Source: the human T2T-CHM13v2.0 reference genome, Homo sapiens. From it: a stretch of DNA of 64,000 nucleotides. The stretch lies in assembly GCF_009914755.1 (NCBI RefSeq), contig NC_060933.1; one strand, 5' to 3'. Position 1 is the stretch's first letter. Each line of letters starts with the position of its first letter. Positions 28,916 to 44,420 of this stretch are shown in pieces. The notes below the pieces were generated by a model, which saw only the letters and a program-made list of their open reading frames with translations, made no database searches and was not told the DNA's origin. Both the position numbers and the translations under genes were made by a program.

Positions 28916-30122
28916 CCCCTTTATTCATGACAACTTTATGGAGGTGTGATTTATACATGACAAAGTGTTCCCATTCAAGGGCAAGACAAACGTACAGCCA
29001 GGTGGCCAGCACAACACAGAGCCCCACTTCCCCAGGGAATGAGAACAATGAGGAAATGCTAGCAAGGAGGGCATCTGCCCAGAGATGCCCGTAAATCACC
29101 AACTCTCACAGGACTTTAAAAGGACAATCTTGTTTGCAAAGCTGAATTTAGATTACCCTTCTCCTGACTATTAGTCACAAGGCTGACTCCAGCCCCAGTG
29201 CAGAAGGAGACGCAGCACAGAGCAACACATGATGGCAGGCAGGCCCAGCTGCCTCCAGAACGGGCATGACCAGGTGCTTTCCACGCTTGGCACACAGCTG
29301 AGCAAGGCCACAGTAACTCCAGGAAACTGGAAGAAGCCTCAGACACCCGATGCCACGTGGCCTGAGCATCTTCTTGGTCTTCACTCTGATACTGTTCTGA
29401 TGAAGCAACAGCAGAGGCTGCTTTCCAAACAGAGAGGGCAGCGGAAATGGCAGCCCGCTTCAGCACGTGTGTCAGGACAAACAGCCGCCAAGAGCTGCCT
29501 GAGCCCACCAGGTGGCCTCTTCCTGTTCCGCTGACTCCGGCCTGACCTCTGTCCTCCAGAAACACATGGACCGGAAAGGGCCCCCAGGGGGTGCGGGGGA
29601 TGGCAGAGCAGGAGTGTATCTTGGAGAAAATGCACAGGAACTCATGAGGCAAATAGGTGGCATTATCTACTGGGAGCCTCTGCAAAGGGCGACTGCAGAC
29701 ACCAGGCCACAGCTGAGGCTGGGCAGTTGTGCAAATATTTGGGGAGCAGCAGACAGAGCAGGACCCAGCACTTATACCATGTGTGGGGCCCCAGGTCAAT
29801 GTCCCCTGCTTGGCCTCTTTCCTCTTCTGTCAAAGGAGACTATGGAACCCTGTGTCCCTCCTGTGTGCTGCATGTGAACACCACCCTACCAGTCCCGGTG
29901 CCTTCAGGTGCACACATGGGGTAAAGAAGTATAGGCAGATACACCTGGGGAAAAAGGTCTGCTTAAGAGCTGAGCAGCAGGAGAGCTGGGAACTGGCACT
30001 GAGCAGGTGGGCAGGAGAGAACAGAGCCTCCTCCGTCCCCAAGGAGAAAGATGGGGAGGAGGGGGCAGCTGGGACCAAGTTCCTCAGAGTTCCCCACGCT
30101 CTGCCTGACACCTCAACCCTTA

Positions 30123-30345
30123 GACACACACACCAGGAATCTACACACAAGCACACACATATACACTCACACACAAACGTGTGCACACAACACATGCGCC
30201 ACAATCCCCACATGCACTCACACATACGCACACGTACACATACACCAGGAAACTGGTCGCAAACACACACACACAGGTGCACTGTGCATACACACACATA
30301 CACATTACATATGCAACACATCTGCACACTCGAACACATACATCC
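30123..30345. repeat. Degenerate (CA)n tract (UG-rich on the minus strand)
   Basis: Visible CA/CACA runs. Confidence 0.9.
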
Positions 30346-30442
30346 ACCAGGAAACTAGGAATATGAGACCCAAGTTTATTAAAGTATAAAATCTACATTT
30401 GACCTGTGAATGCAGGCTTGATAATTTAGTAAAACATTAATC

Positions 30443-31110
30443 GATAAGTACCTAGAGACCAAAAGAATGCCAGCCTGGAACCCACTAGATGCACTCACCA
30501 GTAAGATAAGTTTTAAAGCCTGCAAACTGACAGACAGCAAGTCAGCAGGGCTCCAGATAAGCCTCCCTCCAGTGCTGGGCAGGCCCCCAGATAAGCTCAG
30601 GATGCGGCGGGTCCCCCAGGGCCGCCAGGGGGTGGGGGGCAGGGCCCCAGCAGCCTCGCATCCAGAGGCCCAAGCGCAGAAGCAGAAGCAAACTGGACGC
30701 CGCAAGGGGCTGCAGGAAGGGCAGACGGCAGACGCGAGTCCTCCAGCTGCCTCCCGCACAAGATGGTCAATGACAGCGGCTGAGAGGCGCAGCAGGCAGC
30801 CGACCCTGGCGCAGGCCCCCCCACGCAGGGAACGGTGGCGGCGCGGGGCAATCCTCCGGCTGCCTGGAGCAAGAGAGGCTGGCAGGGACACGAGGGCGCC
30901 GGGCCTGCACGTGGGACCTGCAGGAAACAAGAAATGAGGAAGGCACCGTGTGGCATCCAGAACATTCAAAAGCAGCCAAGGAGGCGGGAAAACGACAAGC
31001 TTCTGGAAGAGAGTGCTGACAGTGAACCAGGACAGGCCCCAGGAGAGGACTCCTCGCGGGGCACGTCGGTTCCATGGACTGGGGGCAGCTGGGCCGCCAA
31101 GGCCACTCCC
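30443..31110. promoter_or_regulatory. GC/CpG-rich element with a cluster of four GATAAG motifs
   Basis: GATAAG at 30443, 30505, 30556, 30590; many CpGs at 30600-31100. Confidence 0.55.
30499..30917 (-). other. Candidate exon (first or hybrid) of a minus-strand transcript
   Basis: Acceptor tcctcatttcttgtttcctgcag|GTCCC at 30918/30917; donor TTACTG|gtgagt at 30499/30498. Confidence 0.5.
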
Positions 31111-31947
31111 ACCTAGAGTCAGCACTTGTCACAAAACCACAGGCTTAAAAGTCCTTCAAATTGTCAGGACCATTAGACCCACTTCACACCTCAATTCTGT
31201 GCAAACAGAGGCATAGGTTCCAGCTTGAAGGGAAAAAAATAATAAGCCAAGAATGCACATCTGTTTTTAAGAAGGAAATCCATTATTAATTAAAAAGAGC
31301 AACTAGGAAGCAAAGTTCTGGGAACTGAAACACACATCGTTTAATCAGATACTGGACTATAAATCCCTTTTCTGGGCAGATTGTTTTTTAAGCTGAAGGG
31401 TTTTTAATGTGTACTACGAGGAAGCTGCACAAGGGGCCCCTCAGCTCAGCCAGACTGAATCCAGAGCCAGGAAGGTCGGGCAGAATCCCCCTCCACTCCA
31501 CCATCCTTCAACTAGAGAAAAGAACTGTCTTGTAAAACTGTGTTACTTGACAGCCCAACTATATTCTTCTGAAATGCAAACTATACTATAAATAGGTATA
31601 CTATGTTACATGGTATGTATAACACATAAATTATACAGCATATTTAGTATAAGTTAGACTATCTCCAACTGTACCCATGGGAAATGCAAATCTGCATGTC
31701 AGTAGTTTGTGAATGTTTCTGATACCTGTGGGATATCATGAAACACCAATAACTAGGAGGTAGTGATAGTTTACTAGTTGCCTCAAGTATAATCAAACCA
31801 ACAGTGTCCTTCCTCACTGGCTTATCTTCCCACCCACTTAGAACTAAGATCTTTGTTTTCCAACAGGAGAAAAGGCTCACGTCATTTCAAATGTGGGCTC
31901 AGTACATTATCTGCCTTCTACAGGGGGTTAAAAATAAAAGTGCTCTG

Positions 31948-32241
<294 letters not shown>

Positions 32242-33204
32242 GAGTGCTCTGAAAAAAAAAAAAGCAAAAAATAAAAAGGAGCTTTGTTTATTTTTCCATA
32301 GCTACTGTGTGAGGAAAAGTCAGTTGTACCTTTGCCAGGTGTAGGTGGGGGGGCCTACCCTCAATTCTGGAGCAGCAGGCCAACAGAGCCAGAGGCACTT
32401 GAAAAGAGGCCATTCGCACAGAATACCTCCCTCAATTCATTCAACCAGTCCCAACATTTAATCCACACAACGGTTAACATTCCTATTTTTCAGATGCAGA
32501 AACTGGGGCTCATGGAGATGAAATATTTAGTAACTCACAAGGGCTCCCCACCACAGATGACGGCCTGATTCATCTAAGTAGTCAACAAGTAAGAGATGCA
32601 TACTCACACAACAAAGAAGAGGAAGGAGAAACAATTATTTTTAAAGGTTTTCTCAATTTTCCTTTAATTCTTTCTTCATAGTAGAAATATCTCATTTCTA
32701 AACCAAAGCTCAATTTCTATCCTCAGGTATCACAAAATGAAGTAAACTTCCCCTTCGCTGTCAGGGTCTTTTCCCTTCTTTCCCTCCAGGAAACCCAAAT
32801 CCCAGGCCCTCCATCACCTCTCCACCAAGCCCACCCTGCTTGTACCTCTCACAGCCAGGGCCTTCCCACGCCTCAGGCCCCTACTGAAAACAGATCTCAA
32901 AAGCAGTTCCCGATGGGGAGCTGGGTGGTCGTGGCTGTGAGCCGCCTGAGACCTCCTGAACTGCCAAGGATCTCCGTTAACACCAAGGGCCCTCCTTGGG
33001 CGACCCTGCCCCGACCCCCAACAGACACCATGGGGCCCTCCCTGAGACATCCAGCATCAGTTGGAGAGCTCAGTCTCAACTGAAGCAACAAGAAAGGGAC
33101 ACTGTTAAGCTCACTGTAAGAAGAAACCGCTTCATCAGCATGGAGTTAATATGTAAACATTTTATCTGCACTGGCAAAACAAATGACTATTTAAAAACCA
33201 TATC

Positions 33205-33590
33205 CTTAGGAATGGAAATCTGACACATGCTGCAACATGGATAAGCCTCGAAGGCATGCTAAGGGAACCGGGCCAGTCACAGAAGGACATAGACTGCATG
33301 TTCCACTTCTACAAGGTCCCTAGGGTGGTCAAATGCATAGAAACAGAAGGTAGAATCGGTGGCTGCCAGGGTCTGGGGGAGGAGATGGGGGAGGCATTAT
33401 TTAATGGGTGCAGAGTTTCTGTCGGGGATGATGAAATGAGTTCTGTGGATGGCGGTGATGGTTGCAAAACAATATGAATGCATTTAATGCCACCAAACAA
33501 TACTTATGATGGTAAATTCCATGATATGCATATTTTACTATGATAAAGAAAAAAATACATATACTTAAACAAAAGCAAATAAAAAAAAAT
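33205..33590 (+). mobile_element. L1MB 3' end
   Basis: acatgctgcaacatggataagcct...tttaatgggtgcagagtttctg...gtgatggttgcaaaacaat. Confidence 0.85.
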
Positions 33591-34430
33591 ACATGTTCTC
33601 CCCTAAAGTATGAGTGCATGGAAAATTAAAACTGCCACATCCAGAGAGCAACAGGATTTTTTTTCTGTGCCCCTGACTGCAGTCGGCCCAGGAGGAACCC
33701 AGATAGATGCTGCATGGAGGGGTCTCAGATGCCCACACCCCAACCCGCTGGCTTCCCCTGCCCAAGAAAGTCTGGGAAGGGTGATCTGCTCCAGTTCTTC
33801 CCATCGGGCATCAACTCACTTCTACAACACAAGCCCCCAAAATAAATGGAAATGAGGCTGCTGGAGTGGTCTGTGGCCCCAAGAAGTCGATTCGTTGTGT
33901 CTTTTTTTTTTCTCCTCAAGTCAAAACTTAAGCCATTCCTACATCTCCAAATTCTTCCATGGAGTATTTTCAAGGCAGACACTTCTGGAACAAACAACCC
34001 CAACCTAAATATTTTCTGTAAAGGGAAGAACAAAGATTTTCTCCTAAACCAGCCCCTAAGTCAGCAAATGGGAAGTGGTTTCCCCACATTCTCAACATCC
34101 CCAAAGGGACAACTGCCCACCCCTTCCCGGTGAGCATTCGACAACTCTGTAGACAAAGAGGAACAAAAACAAACGCAATTGGCTTGAGACGGGGTTTACT
34201 AGGAGCTCATAAAAATACCTCAGACTGGGGTCGTGGAGAGAGTCCACGGCAATAAAATGCCCATACTTATTTTACGTATTTAAAGGGATATTGCTGCATT
34301 CTCAAAACAATATCCATTTAATTTCCAAAAATACAGTCAGTGAACAGCTGAAATATTTTTAAAGGAGAGTGGTTTTAGATATTCAAAGAAACATGTGAAC
34401 CATCCCACAAGGTAGGAATCACTGCCCTGA

Positions 34431-34646
<216 letters not shown>

Positions 34647-35325
34647 TAACCACAAAGCCAGATTTGGCACCAGGGATCATGGAAGGATCCCGGGGTGAGG
34701 AGGTTCCTCAGATCAGAAACTCAGAGCTCCCTGCCTCCATTGTGCCTTGTTCACCTGACCTGAGGATGCCACAAGTTTAGCGGGTGGAGCCCACTGCCCT
34801 CCTAGCACCAAGAGCCCAAGAATGTTCCAGTCAGGCGGGCTCAGTCCATAAAGGGCTGGAAGGCCCAAGGGCTGGGGTAGGGAGCGGTAGGACCTGCGCC
34901 ACGACCAACAGGCCATCGCCCTGGAGAAAAGCCATCCAGTCACAGCCTGGAGAGACCAGGCAGAGGGTGGCCCAGCCTTGTGGAGCAAGGAAGTGGAATC
35001 AGGCTTCAGGCCCATGGTGGGGGTGCCTTGGCGCTTGGAGCAGCCACCAACACTATAGGAGGGCACCCAGTGGCAGGCAGCAAGACACACAGGATGTCCC
35101 CTCCAGGCTGTAAAGATCCCATCTCCACCCCAGCGACCTGGCTCCTACGCTCCACTGCTGGCTTTGGAGGCCTCCTCGACTCTGCCACCCGTGGCCTCAG
35201 GAACCTCTGGTTCCAAGTTAATGAGGCAAAGCCTCCAAAAAGGGAAAAAACAAACTGCTCATCACTCATTATTGCCTCCATTCTGGCTTACTACCTGGGA
35301 CGGCTCCAAGGTGCACAGCTGCAGA

Positions 35326-36096
35326 ACACACGTGTGCGCACACACACCACACACACAGCACATACACCACACACAAGACATACACAAATGTCACATGCCA
35401 CACAACATACAATACACACAACACATACCACACAACATATACCACACACAAAAACGTAACATATACGCAAACATCACACCACAGACATACAACATATACC
35501 ACACACAGCACATACACAAAACTCATACACCACAAACCACATATCACACACACACCCCCCACACAAATATCACACATGCAAGACACACCACACACAACAC
35601 ATACCATACACAACACATACACAAACACCACATATACACCAAACACCACTCAACACAAACACCACATACAACACATACACAAACATCACACACCACACAA
35701 ATTCAGCACACACAATACCACACACCAGACACACCACACACATACAATCATACCACACAACACATACACAACCATCACACACCATACACACAAGACACAC
35801 AACACATACCACACACACAGAGAGACAAAAACTATACAAATGTCACATCACACAAAGATGACAACACAACCCAACACACAACACATACCACACACAACAA
35901 AGACACAACACATACCACATACACGACATACACAGACATCACACACTACACACAACCCAACATACACAGACACAATACAACACATACACAAACATACAAC
36001 ACATACACAAACATCACACATGCCACACACAACACATATACAGATGCCCCCAACACACATAAACACACATAACACACACGTACACCACACATACAC
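35326..36096. repeat. ~770 bp CA-rich low-complexity / VNTR-like tract
   Basis: Mostly C and A on the + strand with recurring acacaacacataccac units. Confidence 0.95.
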
Positions 36097-37299
36097 TCCA
36101 AAATCTGTTTTTCTTTTTAGAAGACCACAAACCCCACTACATGGTAGATAAATGGGGGTGGGGGGAGGGGCCATCACACTCTTTAGGGAGAGAAAATAGA
36201 AATTAAAGCAAATTTGAAAGCCCAAGAACTAAGAGAGGGAGCCAATCAACTTTTTTTTTTTAAGAGCTAAGAGCAGAGCCTCTCCTGGGGAATTCTTGAT
36301 CCCAGTGGAAGATTACATATTAAAGAAAATGCAGAAAATTACAGACTACATTTATGTGCAACCCTGAATTGGTGGTTTTAAGAAACTATTATTAATGAAG
36401 AAGCAAAAACACCCCTTAAAGAGAATTCTTTGAAAAAAAAAACCACACACACACACACAGAGTAATAATTGCTGAGCAGGCATAATAAAGTTAAACTCAG
36501 AGGGTTTTTAAACCACACCAAAACCCTGAGAGGCGTCAGCGTCCCTGAAGCTCCCGTGGCCAGGCTGTGACCACAACTCCGCCTGCAGAAGGAGGTGGCA
36601 GGGCTGAGGGGGAGAGCAGCGTGCACTCGCAGCAGCCATGCAGGTCACCCAGAGGGGCTGCACGACAGAGCAGGACTGGACAATTCTGTGCCCAGTAGGA
36701 TACCTGGAATGACAAACTGCCCGTTCATAAGGAAAATTCTACCCTGACCCACAGAACAAGATCTCTGCATGGCAGCCTCTGAGGAAAGTCTGCGCATTTG
36801 AGGAAAACGAAACCTTAAAGGGTGGCTCTGCCGTCTCAGCTCCCAGGAAACCCACAGCACCCTTCTTAGTGGCACACGGTCACAGGCTGCCACAAGTCCA
36901 CTGCAGGTAGAGTCTTAGCTCCCGCCAAGGGTCTTCTGCAAGCAGAGAATGCCCCTCAATTCTCTGACCTTCCAAGAGCCACCTCCACCATTCATTTCCC
37001 CTTCATTCATGGAATTCAAGAAAATCCCCTCGGTTTTGTTCTTTCGTTGTTGTTATTTTCTTAAGTCATGGTCAATGACCGTTGCATTATTAAGGGGATT
37101 TCATCTATCCTTTTTGGTCTTTATTTTCTATTAATCTTTTTCATTATATTTTAGAAACGTTTTGGTTTGCAGTAGCTGGAGGGAGAACCTGCTACATAGT
37201 TCTGCACCACGGACAGTCTGAGAAGCACCAAGGACTTCCAAGGTCCAGGCTCCAGCTTTAGAGCGCCTCGAACTCAGTGGATTCAGGTTTTCAGGCTTT

Positions 37300-37483
37300 T
37301 ATATTTTTCTAATTGTGGTAAACAGTATACCATAAAAGTTGCCATCTTCGCCACTTTTAAGTGGACGGTTTGGTGGCGGTGGTAACATTCACTGTGTTGT
37401 GCAGGATCACCACTCTCCACCCCCAGCACACTTTACATCTTGCAAAATTGAAACTCTGTCCCCATTAAGCACTAACTCCCCAT
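37300..37483 (-). mobile_element. L1MB 3' end (reverse)
   Basis: aattgtggtaaa...acattcactgtgttgtgca...gaaactctgtccccattaagcactaactcccca. Confidence 0.8.
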
Positions 37484-39791
37484 TGGATTTCATCTATCTT
37501 TTTTTTTAATTGAGGGAGACAAATTGGCAGGGGGCTGTCTCACAGCAGCGTATGAAATCCGTTAAAATAAGAAATCTGCATAATTGTCTTAAGTGATAAA
37601 CAGGAAGCCATTTGTTCCAGGTGAAAAGCCCCTTCTTTACATTCTCAATGGCTCTGCATATAATTTTTCCCCCTGTACAATGGCATGCAGCCCCCAGACT
37701 CCTCCTCACATTAACAGGCAGGACAGTGCTGATGACCTGGGAGGCAACACACATGGGAATGTCCTTCCCAAACCAAATGGACACAGCTGTGTCCAAAATC
37801 CACCAGCAAAAGGAAATGAAGCACTGCCTCTCCTGAGTTCCTGGGGCAAGGGGATCTGGGTGACTGCCTTGCCCAATTTCTTTTTAGGATATCAGCACGT
37901 TAAACCCTAAGTTTCTTTCGTTATCACTGAAGTGGGATTCTGCACAGTGAAAAAAGGTGATATTTTTAAAAGGGGGATCAAAATTGAGTCAATTAAGTCA
38001 TCTTTCTGAGAAAGCCACACCCTGAGCAGCTACAGGAAGGGCCTCCTCTGCTGGGAAACCTGGCGCTTCCCACTCACTGCAATGTCTACAAAGGGGGCTG
38101 GCTTCCCAAATTCCTGAGATCTATCCTCCAAAATCCATTCCTTAAACAGAAGGCATATTATCAGGATACCTCATACTTAACAGGAGCATTTCTCTTCCCA
38201 GTGGACCCAAGAATGCAGTAAATTGAGTCATGAGCTTCCTGCCTCACAAGGTCTTCAGGTTACCCAGCTGCAGCGTGGATCGGATGCTGCCCCACCCCAG
38301 GTCAGCTTGGCCACCCCACACCCAGGGCCACCCTACATGACTGCCTCCAGGTGGGCACAGGGCAAGGGGCCAGAATAAAGGGAAAGGTGACTATCTGGTC
38401 TTCAGGGAAACATCCAGGACTTGTGATGACACTAATTGTTGTGGGAAAGAACTTCCTTTGGGAACTGCAAATGCCGCAAAACCCTATGACAAAAAGTTGG
38501 ATAAGATAGAGAGTGGAATCCAAACTGAGTCTGGAGGCACAGGTGACACAGCTGTATTATCAATGGGGGGAGGGAGGAGTTGAAAGCAACTCCCTGGTTT
38601 CCATCTTGGTCACATGGTGAGTGGTGGGGACGCTATCTATGCCAGGAAGGGCTCCAAGGGAGACAATGGGACACGTTTGTATTTAAAGCTGTGCCTGGGG
38701 CACCCGCAGCACATCCAGCTTGAGATGTTTTAGTAGCAACTGACAGAAAACATCAATCAGAACATCTCCTGACCATGCAACTCAGAAGGCCTTTTAAAAT
38801 GTAATAGTAAAAACATAACGTTTTAATGACTTTTTAACAAGCAGGCTTAGTATCAGTTATCTTAACAAACACCCATCTAGCACTTTCTGCAAGTCAAGTG
38901 CTGGCTCTAAGGACCTTATAACCATTAACTCATTTAATCCCCAAAACAACAACCCCAGGAGGTAGATAGGGACCAGGTACTTACACTATAGGAGGGGATG
39001 TTTACATAAAATCAAGGAATACGCCATTACCAGTGGGAAATAAACAATATCAGTCTCAAAGAAATAAGTTTAAAATAAATTCAGCATCCCTCTACTGGTA
39101 ATTCAAAATTGATATTAATAACAAATAAAATTAATAACATATTTAAAAGATTACCCAAAATGAGCTCCACTGAGATTTTAAACATTCAGTAGAGCCAAAG
39201 GAAACAGCACTAAGATTTCAAGCGGAGGGTGCCAATTAAGAAAAGTGACTCAAATTCCTTAAAATGTAAACACCTTATATTTTCATTATGAAAACCCATA
39301 AAACTGACACTTTGAACAGTTAAAAACTCCACTGACCATGAGGGAAAGTTTCCCTTCCATCACCCCAAATTAGTACATCCTGGAAGATCCAGCTGTTGTC
39401 AGTATCGAGCCAACAGAGGAATTTAAGAAGAAACCACAATGACCCCAAACCTCTTTAATTTGCAAAGCACCGGAGTCCACAGGGCCTAACGCAACATGCT
39501 GCTTTGCCAGAAACAACCTATATAATTTCTTTCTGATGAGAAAATGAAAATTGCTTGCTAATTGCTTCTCCTTTTCCATTTCCATTGCTCTGTCTGGGAT
39601 CTCATAGCATGGGTGCATTTCCTCACCCAGGGTAACAAGAGTCAAATGTGTGCATCTCAGGAGTGGGGTGCATGATGCACACCCCCTCTGCATCCTCTTC
39701 TTATTGGAAAGAGGAGCTTTTTTATCTGTCATCACTGATTGGAAAACCAGGAATGAAGACCAAACCTGCCTCTCCTCTCAGGCTCCCATGG

Positions 39792-40078
39792 TTTGGTTTG
39801 ATTTTGGAGTCAGGGTCTCACTGTGTTGCCAAGGCTGGAGTGTAGTGGCCTACAGCCTCAACCTCCTGGGCTCAAGCAATCCTCCTGACTCATCCTCCCG
39901 AGTAGCTGGCACCACAGGCATGCATCACCACATCCAACTAATTTTTTTTTTTTTTTTTGGTAGAGACGGGGTCTCACCATGTTGCCCAGGCTGCTCTCAA
40001 ACTCCTGGCCTCAAGTAATCCTCCCACCTCAGCCTCCCACAGTGCTGGGATTACAGGCATGAGCCACCACACTCGGCC
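39792..40078 (-). mobile_element. Alu (AluJ-type)
   Basis: acagcctcaacctcctgggctcaagcaatcctcc; TSD caggctcc(c/t)atg. Confidence 0.95.
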
Positions 40079-40177
40079 CCAGGCTCCTATGTTTAACTGT
40101 ATGAAGGATCTGGTTTTTCCTCCTGTTCCATCTATGGGTTTTAATATCTTGGAAAGCTTTATGTCTTTCTAAAGTAA

Positions 40178-40588
<411 letters not shown>

Positions 40589-40849
40589 AATCTTTACTTT
40601 TAACCTGTCAATTTAGCAGAAAAGAAACTTAAATGTCAGTGCCCAGTGCTGGCACTGGTGATGTGAAATAGGCAATTCCAGACATTTCAGACTGGAGATT
40701 GAATTGATGACTGTGTGCTGAAGGCAATCTGGCCAGACTTATCAAACAACTCCAAAATATCTGGGCTTATTACTACTATTACTAGTATCTCCACCCCCAA
40801 ATATCTTTGAGACTTACTAATTTTACATATGGGAATCTATGCTTAAATA

Positions 40850-41392
<543 letters not shown>

Positions 41393-41645
41393 AACTATGT
41401 AATACTTTTAATAATATAGAATGATGGAAACAACTTAGAACAATAGAAAATGCTTCAGAACACTATTAGTCATTCACTACAAATGATGCTTCCAAACAAT
41501 ACCTGGGACAAAGGAAGGGATCTGGCCGTTGCCAGGCCCATTTCCACATCTGCACACTACCCCACCACCTGTTCCTTTGAAAATATACAAAATGCAGTGT
41601 TCTACACACAGGCTCTTTTTGAAAACAATGCACCAGAACAAACTA

Positions 41646-41952
41646 TAGTCATGTGTCCCCTAAGGACAGGGATACATTCTGAGAAATGCGTCTTCAGGCC
41701 ATTCTGTTGCCATGCGTGCATCAGAGTATACAATACTCACACAGACCTGGATGGTACAGCTTACTACACACCTGCACTAACCCTGTACAGCATGTGACTG
41801 TACTGAATACTGTAGGCATTGCAACACTGTGTATCTGTGTATCTAAACATCTAACACAGAAAAGTGCAGTTAAAATATGATATAATCGTATGAGACCACC
41901 ATTGTATATGTGGTCTGCTGTTGACCGAAACATTACGTGGCGCATTACCATA
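41646..41952 (+). mobile_element. Tigger3a/MER7-like DNA transposon
   Basis: gggatacattctgagaaatgcgtc...gtacagcatgtgactgtactgaatactgtaggca...gttgaccgaaac. Confidence 0.85.
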
Positions 41953-41989
41953 CTTTTAAAATAAGCTTCAATAAATAATTCAATAAATA

Positions 41990-42965
41990 GATAGGGAAGT
42001 AGGGACCAAAGAATTCCAATTAGTAAATGCAGAAGAGATGGTGAAATACAAAGCCACACTAGACAAAAGCTGAAATCATTATTACTGCAAGCAAAAACTA
42101 CAGATGGAGGCTAGAATTAGTGGAGGAGAACATGATGAGAAACAGTATACTCACACTCAAAGTATCTTCTGGCAAGATACATACTAGTTAAGACAGGAAA
42201 AACAGCAGCTTTAAGGTGGAGAAATCTGGCAGATAGCTCCTTAACCCAGTGATCAAAGTAAACATCCCCAGAAAAGGAACAGAGAAATTCACGTGCTTCC
42301 TGCTACAACACAACATTGTATCTGCTGTCTTCCTGCCCAGTGTCCATTACCTGAGTCTAAGCAAAAAAAAAAAAAAAAAAAAAAACCACAAACCCAAATT
42401 AAAGGACATTCAACAAAATTTATCGGAGGTACTCCTCCAAAGTGTCAAGGTCAGGAAAACAAGGCAATACTGAGGAACTGTCACAAACTAGAAACAAATT
42501 AGAAAAACAGGTGAACTAAATGCAATGTGGGATCCTGGATCACACAAAACAGACATTAGTGAGAAAACTGCTAATTAGAGATTCAAACAAGGTCTGTGGC
42601 TTCCTTAATAGTATCACTAGTATACCAATATTAACTTTCTAGTTTTCATAAAATGTATCAATTGACTTGAGATTAACATTAAGGGAAGCCGAGTTAAAGG
42701 GAATATGGAACAGTTTTTGCAACCTTTCTGTACGCCTAAAATTTCCTACTTATTAGTACAGTAGCAAAATTACAGTTAATTTATTATGAATTCCAAAATG
42801 GCTAGAATTGTAATGTTTCCCACAAAAAGAAGTGTTTGAGGTAATGGATATTGCAATTACCTTGACTTGATCATCGCACATTGTGTATACAGATATCAAA
42901 ATACCGTATGTGCTCCCAAAATATATACTACTATGTATCAATAAAAATATATTAAAAATAAAATT
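41990..42965 (+). mobile_element. L1MC-like fragment followed by an L1MA-like 3' end
   Basis: ggtggagaaatctggcaga...aaagtgtcaaggtca; tttgaggtaatggatattgcaattaccttgacttgatcat. Confidence 0.75.
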
Positions 42966-43232
42966 ATTTCAAAATTAAAAGTATGCTTCTGTGTATTCTT
43001 CTGCCAGGATGTGCTTTCTTCCAAAGTCAAAGCAAAAATCTCCATATTTAAAAGAATGTGAAGCTTAAGTGTTCTGGGAAAAAAATTAACAAACATGTAA
43101 CAGGAAAAATCTGGAATATTTCTGATTTATCAGCTATAACTATTCCTTAAATAATTTTTAAATGTAATATTTTAATATTGTTTCCCTTAAGTATTCAAGT
43201 TAATAGAATAATTTCATTTTTAGCTAATCTTA

Positions 43233-43668
<436 letters not shown>

Positions 43669-44169
43669 CTACAAAAACAGGTCAGACAGCAGTATCTGAT
43701 ACAAAGCCTTCAAATGCACCACTAACAGTGATTCACAGTAGATACCGGTTGAGCAGATTTTTATTCTTTGGAATGAATCACACTTTCAGTCTTTCCAAAA
43801 TTTGATTTTTTTTCTCTCTTTGTTCCAGAGAAGAGACAAAAAGATTCTTGCTTTGCTAATAAATGAAAACAACAAAAAATTCTATGTTGTATCAGCTGAG
43901 ATAAGAACTTGCCAATTTTTCTGGAGACTCAAACCCAAAACTGCCCAGGTAGAAGACAGAATTACCAACAGCTGCCCCTGGATCCACCGTTAATAAAAAC
44001 TTTGACATCAACTGGGACAAACCCAGGTACCCATAGTTGGCATGGGAAGGGACTACTTCAACCTCTAATGGATTTACTCTCTAAACTACTCCCCAAATCC
44101 TCCTCTGTTCCGGCCAGTCTGTACTTTCACCAATCTTGACAGTTTAAAAAATCTGATTTTCAAAAAGCT

Positions 44170-44420
44170 TTCACATACGAGGTATCTACAGCAATCAAAT
44201 GCATACAGAAAGTAGAGGGGTGGTTTCCAGGGCCTGGGGGAAGGGAAAAGTGGGGAGTTGTGTTTAATGGGGACAGAGTCTCAGTTTCCCAACATGAAAA
44301 GTTCGGGAGATGGATGGTTGTGATGGCTGTCCAACACTGTACTTAATGCCACCCAGTGTACACACTGAAAAATGGCCCCTTGGTCAATTGCATGAATATT
44401 AACTTTTTTAATGTTAAAAA
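44170..44420 (+). mobile_element. L1MB 3' end
   Basis: ggggagttgtgtttaatggggacagagtctcagtttc...gtacttaatgccac. Confidence 0.8.

Noticed and set aside
29116-29799. 227-aa minus-strand ORF with a possible acceptor near 29619
   Set aside because: No recognisable homology, AAG acceptor and weak donor; likely chance in GC-rich DNA.
30379-31125. 248-aa minus-strand ORF as a CDS
   Set aside because: Non-ATG start, GC-rich with few stops, no recognisable domain; kept only as a candidate exon.
35164-36072. 302-aa His/Thr-rich ORF and the overlapping Val/Cys-rich minus-strand ORFs
   Set aside because: Translation of the CA-rich low-complexity tract, which seldom contains stops; no coding signature.
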